A stretch of 61,412 nucleotides of DNA, the filler included, from Sphacelaria rigidula (taxonomy: Eukaryota): assembly GCA_964200075.2 (NCBI GenBank). It is 9 parts of 9 records of this genome, joined end to end, with 100 filler letters (N's around TTAATTAATTAA, not from the genome) between each part and the next. Parts side by side here need not be neighbours in the genome. Positions count along the whole stretch, not along the records: positions 34,176 to 40,910 come from CAXNAA020018350.1; positions 41,011 to 47,744 come from CAXNAA020018351.1; positions 47,845 to 54,578 come from CAXNAA020018352.1; 6 more parts are not named here. One strand, written 5' to 3'. The notes beneath the pieces were generated by a model. That model did no database searches, was not told the DNA's origin, and was given only the letters and a program-made list of their open reading frames with translations. The translations under genes were made by a program, and so were the position numbers. Numbering within the stretch: position 1 is the first letter of the stretch; each line of letters begins with the position of its first letter. Shown one piece after another: positions 37,601-48,073 of this stretch.

Positions 37601-38173
37601 TGCCAACCGACGCCAACCCATAGAGGGAGCAAGGGAGCAAGGGGGGGGGGGTACCAAACACTCGAGATGGACATAGGGATACTTCACGATGGAGCATTAT
37701 GCGAAGACCATTGCACATCACAAGCCATGACGAGTTCCCGCCTGCGCGGGTAGTACGACTGCTGTACTGTACTAACGTGCAATGGCGCGTATCAGAGTAC
37801 GGTATGTCGGAAGAATAGGTTGAGGGTTCCCACACAACAGTACAAAGAGTTGCGACTGCCAACGCTGTATTTTATGTTTTGAAAAAAGTTGGCGAAAATG
37901 GCTCTGTGAAATAATGTGCATTTGCTGATGACGTCTAACCAAGAATCATGCCTTGTTGTGCGCGTATTTCGTGTTTCCCAGGCGGAACTGGAGAAACTAG
38001 ACGAGCAGAGGACATCACTCAGAGCGAGGATCTTCGAGCTGGAATGCATGCGCGACGGGAGCGTGAAACCAGCTCCTCTCGGTCCTTGTACCGACGCAGA
38101 AAGCGACGACGAGCGAGAACGAAGATTGTTCCCTAGGGTACTTCCGGCTGCGGAGGAAGTCAAGGCCAACTGA
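34684..38173 (+). CDS. MCU: Mitochondrial calcium uniporter, 3' part. Exons 34684-34703, 36010-36163, 37982-38173
   Basis: Spliced product EPVTFFTALGVTTLSYAWWMMTNEEYQYSNIFEFYRSRMERRKFESGGLDEVRLAQALAELEKLDEQR... matches the MCU (WDIM)EPVTYF pore motif, TM2, the EY.Y motif and the coiled coil. Canonical GT-AG sites with phases 2 and 0. Confidence 0.85.
35085..35156 (+). mobile_element. tRNA-derived SINE head / tRNA remnant in an MCU intron
   Basis: B-box GGGTTCGAACCCC at ~35131-35143, with a degenerate upstream A-box region. Confidence 0.4.
37120..37621 (-). repeat. Dispersed repeat family A, long copy (~500 bp) in an MCU intron
   Basis: Reverse complement of 60990-61412 plus the family end. 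G-rich tracts on both sides. Confidence 0.85.
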
Positions 38174-40727
38174 GTTGTACTTTTCCGATTACATGTGTGC
38201 CGTAAAGTTGTGGCAGTAGTTTTGTAGCTGCGATGATGTAAACAGGTGGATGGTTGTGTCTGCCTCTTGAGTTTTTTCTCGAAACTCGTGAAAGTACTCG
38301 CGGATGTGCTTTTTGCTTGTTCTGGAAGGATGGAACGAACATTTCGCATGGTGTTCGTGATACGCCAAGAGTTTACTCCTGTATCTTCTTGCTGTGGTTC
38401 CCGCGACGAGCGGCGGATGAATATGTTTGTGTATGACGATATTTGCCTACATTTGCGTGACTTAGTGTGGACTGCAGATGACTATTTGGCGATGTCGATA
38501 GACAATGTCGATACTGGCTCGTTCGTGCGATTGCCTGGAGAAGCAGATCGATACGTATCTTTTTAATACAGTATTTTTCTTGAGTTTGAGGTAGTAGCTG
38601 TAATTTTTGTGATACTAATCCCCCCCTTTTGCGCCTGTCGAATACGGGGAGCTTGGAGGTAATATCGGGGGGAAATATTTCGATGTGTTCATTGTTGCTG
38701 CGAAGCTCAGCAGCATGACCCACGAACTGCCTGTGTCGATGCCACCTCAAAGAGACAAGCCACTGCACTTTTTTTTCCTTGACGGGGGGGGAGGTGAACT
38801 GTCGAAGAAGTCTTACAGATGACGGAAGCAGGAGAGCGAATCACGCCAAATTCGCCGTTTCGACCCTGAGATTCGATTCTTGGGAGGAGGATGACAGTCC
38901 CCAGCTCTCGCTAGCGTGCGCACCACGCGCTTTTGCTCTAGTCGGCGCCGATTTGAGCTTTGCCAACGCACACTTTACCTTGGGTACCCTATGCACAACC
39001 CATGCCCGATTACCATAAGTCTGCGTGGGACTGGGGCCAGAGCTAGGGTTATGGTTGAGGCCAGGGTTGGGGCTAGGGTTACGGTTGAACAGTTTTGAGG
39101 AGTCGTCAATGTGAACTAGTTTGACGATGAACTAGGCTAAACCTGCCAATGTAGGGCTGTTGCTAGTCGGAAGTCGGGTGATGTGATACCGCGGTTCTTG
39201 GGGTGGCGTAACTTGTAACTGGGTAATTGGGCACGAGTTTGACGTTTTGAACGCCATGCGGTGCGTGTTTTCTCAGTTATTTTCATGATAGAGAATAGTT
39301 TAGGGTAGGGGGAGGGCAAGGGCAAAGCCGACAGGCATGTGACGAGGACAGGGGGTAGATTGGTGGAACGGACTTGCCTCCTCTCTAAATATGTATGTGG
39401 CTCCAGCACGGTATATTTGTGGTATGTTGTAGCCCCCCAGTGGGTGCACTTCAGGTATCTATTCAACGGCAAACAGGGTTTTCGCCAGATCGAGTCTAGC
39501 GTTCGGTTGAGTGAGAACCCAGAGAATTATGGGTTCCTACAGTAAACCATTCCTTGTCTCGTGTTTCTTGGGGAATAATTCGCCGAACCGGGCGAGGAAC
39601 GGCTTGAATGAAACCCTTTAGCCGTGGAATGAATCCAATGTAATTTTTTTTGCGTTGGCATCGTCAATCAGCAGGAAGCTGAAATTCTAGATTTCCAGAG
39701 TTGGTCGATTAATGCCTGGAACAGTTCTACCTCCGAAATGCCCCTCCAGGTCTTGTCCGAAGCCTCTCATATTCCCGAGTAGAATATCGACGTGTGTAGC
39801 AGCTGTAAGGATACAATAACAGTGTTACAGGCAAACACATACAGGCATGAAATGAAAAAATGGTCAAATTACAGACGGGTTTCACGCTTGTCGCCCCAAC
39901 CGTGCTTGTCCGCAAAACCTCACGCTGGTTGTTGGGGTTATACTAGGATTTTTCACGTGTGTACTAGAGATCAATACATTTTTTCTTCACGTGGAGTGTT
40001 CTCTTCATTTCGTCGAATATCGGGGAGTCCAGAGTTTTGGAGGGATTCGGGAGGATCACATGCCGTTCTGGGACCCCCGATAACCGACGAAAAAACTGAA
40101 AATGCCCTCGAAGAATATCGACATAACCCAATGAACATGAAGGCAAATTTTTAGAGTCTCTCCAAATACCGGCGTGAGGTTTGCGGATGAGAGCGCTGAA
40201 GTGTACCATTCCCGATCCGCCCTCCAAACCACTTGGTTTTGATATTATGATGCCTGTTGGGGGAATATTTGACAGGATAATGATACTCTTGCAACTGTTT
40301 TTTCGAGTTTTACCACGAAACTGTGTACACATATTTCTTGGACTGCCCCGGGACGACGACTTCTTTTTTTTGCTCTGAGGCATTCCGTACCAGCCTCCAG
40401 GGGTCTTCACAGCAGGAGGACCCCCCGAAATTTGTGACAGTTTTCGTTATTTTCCCATTTAGACCATCAACACGTAACGAAATGCCAAGTTTAAGATTGA
40501 CCTGTGCTTTTTTCACGACAGGTATGATGAGGGAAACCGGCCGGAGTGTTGCTGAGTCTTTCGTCCATGTCATCAGTGGAAATCCGACGATGCCAAATCC
40601 CACAACACCGAAATATAACGGTTTGGGGTATAATTCGATTCCATATTAACCGTTAATTGCTTTTGTCGTCGGTGAACACGTGCGCGCTGTAGCGCTGAAG
40701 CGTGAAACACTGAAGCATAAAAAAAAA

Positions 40728-40860
40728 CACGGAATTTTACGAATTGGGGATGGATATTTTTATTGAGGATGAGAACCCGGAGAATTTACATCTTCGTATC
40801 CACACCAAATCTTTGAAATATAGTTCCGCTCCTTCACCTACTGGTAGCTATTAACAGCCA
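40728..40860 (+). mobile_element. Left arm of a family B MITE, interrupted by another repeat
   Basis: cacggaattttacgaattggggatgga...atcttcgtatccacaccaaatct aligns with 56620-56710. It is followed by ttttatattttggggttca.acaaaatatggggctgaagtggcatatct, which also occurs at 54521-54568. Confidence 0.75.
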
Positions 40861-41297
40861 ATTTTATATTTTGGGGTTCATACAAAATATGGGGCTGAAG
40901 TGGCATATCTNNNNNNNNNNNNNNNNNNNNNNNNNNNNNNNNNNNNNNNNNNNNTTAATTAATTAANNNNNNNNNNNNNNNNNNNNNNNNNNNNNNNNNN
41001 NNNNNNNNNNCAGAAAAAAGGAAGACTACGAATTCTGAAAACTTCTGACGCTGACTACTATACGCCGCACACTGCTTCAGCCAACACAGGGACATCTCAA
41101 GGCACTCACACACGATGTACAAGTGCTATCCTGTTATTCGATTTTTTGTTCTGAAATAGGCAGTTTCTAATTTCAAAAACCGTCAGTCTTCCATCAAATA
41201 CAAAAGAAAATAGGTAACCTACCATGGCATTCGTCAACACGAAAAGAAAATGTAAATATCACGCATTTGACAGTATAGCGTAGCCAGTGAAAATGAG

Positions 41298-41495
41298 CAG
41301 GGTACTTATTGTTACACGTCAGAAGTTAAGCGACGTCGGGCCGGGGTAGTACTACGGTGTGGGACCACGTGGGGAGACCCAGGTACTTGATTTGAAGGAA
41401 CGGCACTAGGGCTCCCCACGTGGGCCCACCCCCCACCGTAGTACTCGTCGCCTGGCCCGACGCTTAACTTCTGACGTGTCACAAGAAGCACCCTG
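41298..41495. mobile_element. hAT-type MITE whose inverted arms are 5S rRNA-derived (box A/IE/box C)
   Basis: TIR CAGGGT...ACCCTG. 8-bp TSD AAAATGAG/AAAATAAG (1 mismatch). Arms contain GAAGTTAAGCG..GGCC.GG.TAGTACT..GGTG.GGGACCAC.TGGG.AG.CC, resembling the 3' half of 5S rRNA. Confidence 0.8.
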
Positions 41496-42325
41496 AAAAT
41501 AAGTTAGGTGAGTTGACTTGTCCTACGTGTGGACCATAACATGCGTAAGTTCAGGTAATCATGACTACATGAGTGATGGGAGCATCACACCCTGGGCAAT
41601 CGATTACATTGGTGAAAAAATGTACTGCGCACAGTATCGAATCTAGTGTTTACCGCAAGAAACCAGTAGGGCTAACGATGTTCGTACACAATGGTTGACA
41701 GGGATGACTACTACTTGATTTTAGACTCGAGAAACTTATGTGAGAATGTATGGTTTGGGGGCAGGTGATCAGTGGACACGGCTCGTCCATAATGTGTTCT
41801 TGTCGAAATCGGCGCCTTCGGCGACGATTCAAGGTCTGCCAACGCACACTTTGCCTCTGGGAATCTATGCACCCTCCTTGTCTGAGGGTCTTGTGCGCCT
41901 TGGGTCGGGGTTAGGGTTAGTATCGGGGTTACAGTTAGCTTCTAATATTCCATGATGTTTCCCACCAACCATTGTGTACGAACATTTTTCTAGGTCCCCT
42001 CCAGAAGACAAACTAGATCGGTTGCCGTACGCAGTACATCTTTTATTTATGTAATCCGTTGTCATTGCCAAGGATGTGCAAATAGCTACCAGTGCATTGG
42101 TGCAGCTGCTCACCAATTTCAACACATGTTAGAGTACATCGACGTCGAACAACAAGAGGCTTTCCCAACACACAACCCCGACGCCAGAAAATGAAACAAA
42201 AGTAGGTAACCAACAGGGGGGGAAAGTCACTGCGACACGAAAGCATCGCCGTTGTCGTGGTCAATCAGAACGAATACAATATATATATATATATATATAC
42301 ATCGTGGTTGGTACATGCTACATAC

Positions 42326-43341
42326 CTTATGCTGCTCTCGCTCGAGCTCGACCATCGTGGCCTTCGCTCTCTCTAGGTCCTTGCCAGTAGTGATTCCGGA
42401 CTGAGTACAGTTGGCGACGGCTGTCTTGATGCTCTCCAAGTGCCCCGATTTTACCGCGGTCCTAATTTTTCAGACGTCAAAATACATCCGAGTGATATCT
42501 TGTTTCACTTCATTACCATGTTTCTCGAGTCCTTCAGCTGTGTTGGCAGGTTGATTTGTTCATGTTCACCCAGCACCTCCGACCAGCTAGGGTGGAGAAT
42601 TTTCTTTGCTCTTCAATTCCACGTATCTTTCTTCTGTTTTTTTGTTGTTGTAGACTATGTCGTACCGGGTCTGTGTGGGTTGTTTCTGGGTCCGATTTTA
42701 TCTTATATTTGAATTTTACCCTCGCTTGGGGTAGTTGGCCTGCGACCACGGAAGGCGTACGCATCAGATGGCCAGTACAGTGTGTGTGTGTGTGTGTGTA
42801 TGTTATCGTCCCGTTTATTCTGGACCCCAGTCTACCCCTTTCGGGATATGTGGGCGCATCAGCCGGGGTCGCACAGGAGGAAGGTCAATACAGGGGCTTT
42901 TTCTTTGTTTCTTGTTTCTTAATGCTCCACCTTCCTTCCGCGGTGCTTGCCTTTCCTCTTTATCGCGAGAGGGGTTTAGCAGTCCCTTTCCCTCGTCGAC
43001 TATGAGGTCGAATTTGGTGTACCCACGACATAGTCGCTCTCCACTGCTTGGCGTGGTGTAAGAAAACATCCCAGATTGCCCCGGGGATCGAACCCCACAA
43101 CTCAATTATCAGAAGGTTACGAGGTTACCAACTGAGTCACCGGGGCGACCGGCTCAAGCACAGAGTACTGCCCAGATATCGGACTGGTTTTCAATAGAAG
43201 ACAATAACGACAAGAGTCGCTCAATAAGCGCTTCCATCTCATGTAAGGAATAGTAGCGACCATACTGGGGAGGCGGGCCTATGTCCGAGACCATGGGATC
43301 GGGGAACCGGGCTAATGGTAGTAGTCGCGTAGTAGTCGTAA

Positions 43342-43399
<58 letters not shown>

Positions 43400-46251
43400 T
43401 TTTTCTACTTTTACCACTACTACCACTAACGCAATTCGGCTTTGCGATGGGATACGTGCGCTCAAAGGTGGCTCTCGGGGAGGTGAACAAAATGTTGCGT
43501 TCAACCAAGACAAGGTAACGTCTTCTAATACGCGTTGATGCGCGTAAAATCGATGGACTGCATTAGTGGCTGCCGCACATTAACCGATACACTGGTAATC
43601 TGACCGTGGTAACAAATATATTATTTTGGATTTATTCTCACGAACGGTGCGTATAGTTCTGCGTATGTTTCATGTTTAGCCGTCGTGATTGTAGAAATGT
43701 TGCCATAAGTCGCCATGTCGCCATGTTCTTCATGCTCCATGATAATCATCTTGTATTATGTCTCTTTATGCTCTGGAAAATGGCTAGTGTGAGAAACAAC
43801 AAAAACAAGATACGCACGTCACCAGTTGGATCTCGATCGCACCGCGGTGGAACCCAGGCCGTACCTTAGAGCCTTGAGGGTGGTATGGGTCACGAGCAGC
43901 TCCTTTTGCAGTTGCTTTGCGGTCTCCACCTCTCCTCCTACCAGCCCCATCTCGCTCGCCTTCTGCAGGTGAATGTTAAGAGCGTCTAGGTCCTTGTCCA
44001 TTGCCGCATTCATCAATTCTTGGCGGCAGATCGACTCGCCCTGCGGATGCCACGAGCACATACACAGGCAAAAGTTATGAATAAAACGATGGGAGTGAAA
44101 AAGCGCGACTGCTTTTGTTTTGTTCGTTTCTTGTTCTAACCTCTAACCCATTCCCTTCCAAGGGACGAGTCCGTGGTGTCGAGAGATCGAGCCATCTCTA
44201 CCCCGGCACACGCGTTGAATTTTGGGATAGCGGATTGAATCATGGCCATCAGCTCTTCCACACCGTGCCGCCTGCCGTCTACCTACCTCAGTCCTACAGA
44301 TTCGTTTCGCTACTGAAGTCCTCACGCATTCACCAACGGTAATTAGATACTTGAACAGGGAAAACGTATTAGGAACTGACGAATATTGAACGCGCATCTT
44401 TCCCGCCCTAATGGCGTCAGTTATAGCATTACACCACAGGGGCGCGGCGGCGATGTCCTTGAAAAAAAAACGAGCTGCAGGGAAGGGAGGGCGCGGGGGT
44501 AAAGGACAAAGTAATAGGAATAAAATTTGACAAAAAAAAAGTGAACAGGAAACAAGAACAAGGAAAGAAAAGGAGAAAAAAGGCGTCCGCCATGCCACGG
44601 CAGGGGAGCACTTTTTTCCCCCTGAGACTCTTTATTGTAGGAGCCCTTTCGTAACGAAAATCTGGGCCATAGACATCGAAAATCCAACTCGCCTCGATCC
44701 GAAGACGCATGGCCTGCGCCTGTTTGACCTCTTCCCCGCCGAGGTTCATTTCCTCCGCCTGCGCAAGTAGATCCACGACCGACTCGTAGTCTTGACTCTC
44801 CACGGCCGTCCGAAGAGCCAGAATGACTCGCTTTTCGGCCTCCAATATTTCCTGTGGATGATGGAATATGCGGATCGATTTGAGGTCTCATCAATTAAAG
44901 GAAGGTAGCATAAGAATATGTTGAGGTACCTCGCCACCTTAATGAGAGTACAACAGGTGGATTCATCTTACAGCCGTAAAACATAACAATTTTGACAACT
45001 CGACCCACACACGCTATTTTTCCCCCCTACAATTCGACATTTTGTCACTTCCACATCAGTGACAGGGACCTTGAGGACGACCTATCCTGACTTATCCGAT
45101 CGGAGTTCTTTCTGCAGCACGTTTTCGATTATAAAAATCGTTACGATACGCCCTGAGCATATCCTAGGAATCCGCCAAGTTGGGTTCGTGAAACCCTTCA
45201 CCTCTGCTCTTGCTCTTCCTTGACTGAGGGTGTTGTATTGACTCTCCTGAAAATTTCCTCACTCAACACGTATTCCAATTCAGCCCAACCTTCCTAGGCG
45301 TGGGACTCATGAGCCGGATAAAACCGGTCAACATTCTGTTCCGCGATTCATAGTCGTTCGATATTGAGAACTGAAAAACTCTATCGTGCATCGATTTCTT
45401 GTCCAGAGCGATCTTGGTGCAAAAATCTCACAACATCACTACACGATACAGAAATTCAGTCATACCTCTAAGGGCGCAAAAATACAGAACATGGCCGTAT
45501 CTATACAGCTTCGACAACGGCCAAAACCACGCCTTAACCCCAAGCAAGAAATACACCTACGAGGCAGTGTATAAGCCGTGCCTGTGTCTGGAAGTGGCGA
45601 TACCAGAAATTGAAGCAACTCATTGTAGGCTGTCATCCAAATACAAGATAATCAGTACGCTTCGGGCAGAACAATCTTAGCAGGATACAGCTCAACCTTC
45701 ATGCGACCTGGGGAACAAATCACGGCACTTCACACTTGATTAATTGCGAGCCTGATCCGGCGGAACACGGCGTGCTCCGTCCCGGCTTTGTAGGGATGCG
45801 AGGTCAATGGTCATACGACCATGGCATGCAGGATTGTGAGTACACCCCCCTTCCGCCTCCCACCTGTTTTTGGCCCATTGTGATTATGTCGAGCAATTAT
45901 GCCCAAGGAACACGACTCTACGAGACCCTTCTGCCACCAAATATGGATTGCGAAAACTTTCGATTCGAACCCCGCAAACTCCGAAAACGAGAGAAAGAAA
46001 AACCCTCACGCCCGCACAGAACCAATATTTTTCACCTGCATCTGGCGGGCCTCGTCCACCTTGCGGTGCTTGTAGGGAGGATCCATGCGATCGCAGCCCG
46101 CGAGAGCATTGGCCAGCGCGTTGAGGTCGCGACGCTGCATTGCCTCCTCCAGCAAAGAGTACGCCTTCTGCTCCAACTCTAACCGACGCATCAGGGCCTC
46201 AGCTTGTTGAACAACGGGGATGTGGGCCCCGTTGTTCGGCAACTCGTTCAC
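42326..46251 (-). CDS. Internal exons of a helical ~55-70-aa repeat protein (myosin-tail-like). Exons 46251-46036, 44851-44693, 44040-43865, 42461-42326
   Basis: Each exon encodes about one repeat L..A....D...L...L..A..M.L.G.EV..A..L. Phases 0,0,2 are compatible. The second donor is GC (AG|GCGAGT). Myosin identity is only inferred. Confidence 0.75.
42781..43153 (-). mobile_element. tRNA-derived SINE with a (CA)n tail
   Basis: Minus-strand head gccggtcgccccggTGACTCAGTTGGt...GGTTCGATCCCcgg (A and B boxes), a ~280-bp body, and an end ...gataacatacacacacac. Confidence 0.75.
43318..43398. repeat. (AGT)n microsatellite
   Basis: Directly visible. Confidence 0.95.
45575..45850 (+). repeat. Dispersed repeat family A copy
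   Basis: Contains the family core and ends gagtacaCCCCCC. Confidence 0.85.
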
Positions 46252-46638
46252 CTGTTTTGTTACGCGTCGGTGTCATTTTCGGCATGTTGAAACAAGATGA
46301 AGGCAGGCAGGGACCAAGACAGATATGATACAACCACGAAATATCCAAAGGATAGGCGAACAAAGGAAAAAATCAAAGACAGGAAAAGAGCACATCGTGA
46401 AGAAAAGTATGCGAGTCTCAATGCAACAAGTCATCGTCAGTCTTATTTTCCTCCGACTTCCTAGTATCCGCAGCACTCCACCTCCCTCTTCTTACGAGCC
46501 TCTTCATACCTTCTTTGACGAGAAGAGGTCAGCAAAGGTTCAAAACTTTCCCGCCAGTAAGCGATGAGCACACTTCGTGACCTTGTAAACACTGCCTCAT
46601 TGTCGTCCACTTAATATCTGATCCTCCCCCATTCTCCC

Positions 46639-46834
46639 CAAGGGTTTACACGTTACACTCGTAAAGTTAAGCTAGGCTAGTAATACGGTGGTGGATAGAC
46701 GGACACCATGTGGGGAGCACTGTTCAAAATTCCAGTCGAATCAGGGCTCCCCACGTGGTGGGCTAGCTTGGCTCCACTTTCAACAACTGTTGACGTGAAA
46801 GATGAACGTAATGAGTGCAACGTGTAGACCCCTG
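46639..46834. mobile_element. Second, more diverged 5S-derived MITE copy
   Basis: TIR caagggtttacacgttacactc / gagtgcaacgtgtagacccctg. Contains aagttaagc..ggctagtaatacggtg..accatgtggggagc and gggctccccacgtgg. Length 196 bp versus 198 bp for the first copy. Confidence 0.6.
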
Positions 46835-47269
46835 AATTTCCAGACGCTTTGGTGACCGCTTGATCCGACCCAGGGACGTGCTGCTCACGAAGCCTACAAA
46901 GCCATCTCATCGCATCACCACACCGATGTCAAACTACGATCAAACCTCGACGGACACTTGTCGCAATCAGCTCCCTTCATGTGGCGTCAATCACGATACG
47001 CCCATGTCGTAGGGGCTTACACACTACTGAAGGCAGTATTTCCTCTCTCTCTGCCAATATATTTTGTCAAGCCAAACGGCGGGCGGCATGGGCGACAGCC
47101 CCTCCTGATAAAGATCCTCCCACCCCTACCCCACCACAAACCTTCGACTAGACAGAATACTGAAGTTACCGATTGCCATCAGGTATACTCTCGCGCGTGC
47201 AGCCTACAAACACGGGGCACCTCTCAATACAAGCACCTCAACGTCACTAACTCGCTCCCCCCCAGTTCG

Positions 47270-47530
47270 GCAGTGCAACCCGTGGCTGTCTCCGGAAGTT
47301 ACAATACCGGAAAAAATCAACTAATTCGAGGATGTCATCCAAATGCAATATAATCGGTACGCTTGGGCCGAAAAATCTCAACAGGATGCGGCTCACCCTT
47401 CATGCGACTCGCCGAACATATCGCATTTTGCGCTTGGTGATTGATTGCGAGCCTGGTCTGGCAAAGACTCCACGTTCTGTGTCTCGGCTTCGTAGGGATG
47501 TCAGTCATTAGTCTCACGACTGCGACATGC
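47270..47530 (+). repeat. Dispersed repeat family A copy (diverged)
   Basis: ccgtggctgtctccggaagt...ctcacccttcatgcgactcgccgaaca...cggcttcgtagggatg. Confidence 0.8.
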
Positions 47531-47844
47531 CGAAAAAAGAGCTCCTTCCCAACTCCCCGGATAAAACCAAGCAACGAACGATTAAGAGTCATGGCAAATC
47601 CAAAGCATCTACAGGCTGGGCCGCCCAAGAAGCAGACTTTCCTTCAGCCGGTTTTAACTGATGATCTATCGCGAGCTGTGCCTACCATGACACATCGTGA
47701 TAATCTGCAGATCAATGCGCGTCTTTCACTTCACGTAGCACTGCNNNNNNNNNNNNNNNNNNNNNNNNNNNNNNNNNNNNNNNNNNNNTTAATTAATTAA
47801 NNNNNNNNNNNNNNNNNNNNNNNNNNNNNNNNNNNNNNNNNNNN

Positions 47845-47912
47845 GACCATTGACCTCGTATCCCTACAAAGCCGGGACGGAGCACGCCGGGTTTTCGCCG
47901 GACCAGGCTCGA
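47845..47912 (-). repeat. Dispersed repeat family A fragment at a contig start
   Basis: gaccattgacctcgtatccctacaaagccgggacggagcacgccggg, followed by a G-rich tract. Confidence 0.8.
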
Positions 47913-48073
47913 GGGGGGTGGGGAAGGGGGGGGGGTATGGAGGGAGGGGGCTACGTTAGGTTTGACGCACGTGGCCAGTGTCTTCGGTGCCTGGTCAAGG
48001 TACGAAAAAATAAATGAAATAACTGGGCAAGATATTCTTGTTGGAAGAAAAACAACAACAGCGTGAGGCTTAC

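Noticed and set aside
41322..41387. Functional 5S rRNA gene
   Set aside because: Only the 3' ~65 nt are 5S-like, the 5' half is missing, and it sits in an inverted pair within TIRs and a TSD.
43075..43153. Genuine tRNA genes (also 1051-1140, 34000-34035, 35085-35156)
   Set aside because: A/B boxes are present but there are no proper acceptor or anticodon stems. They are best explained as SINE heads or relics.
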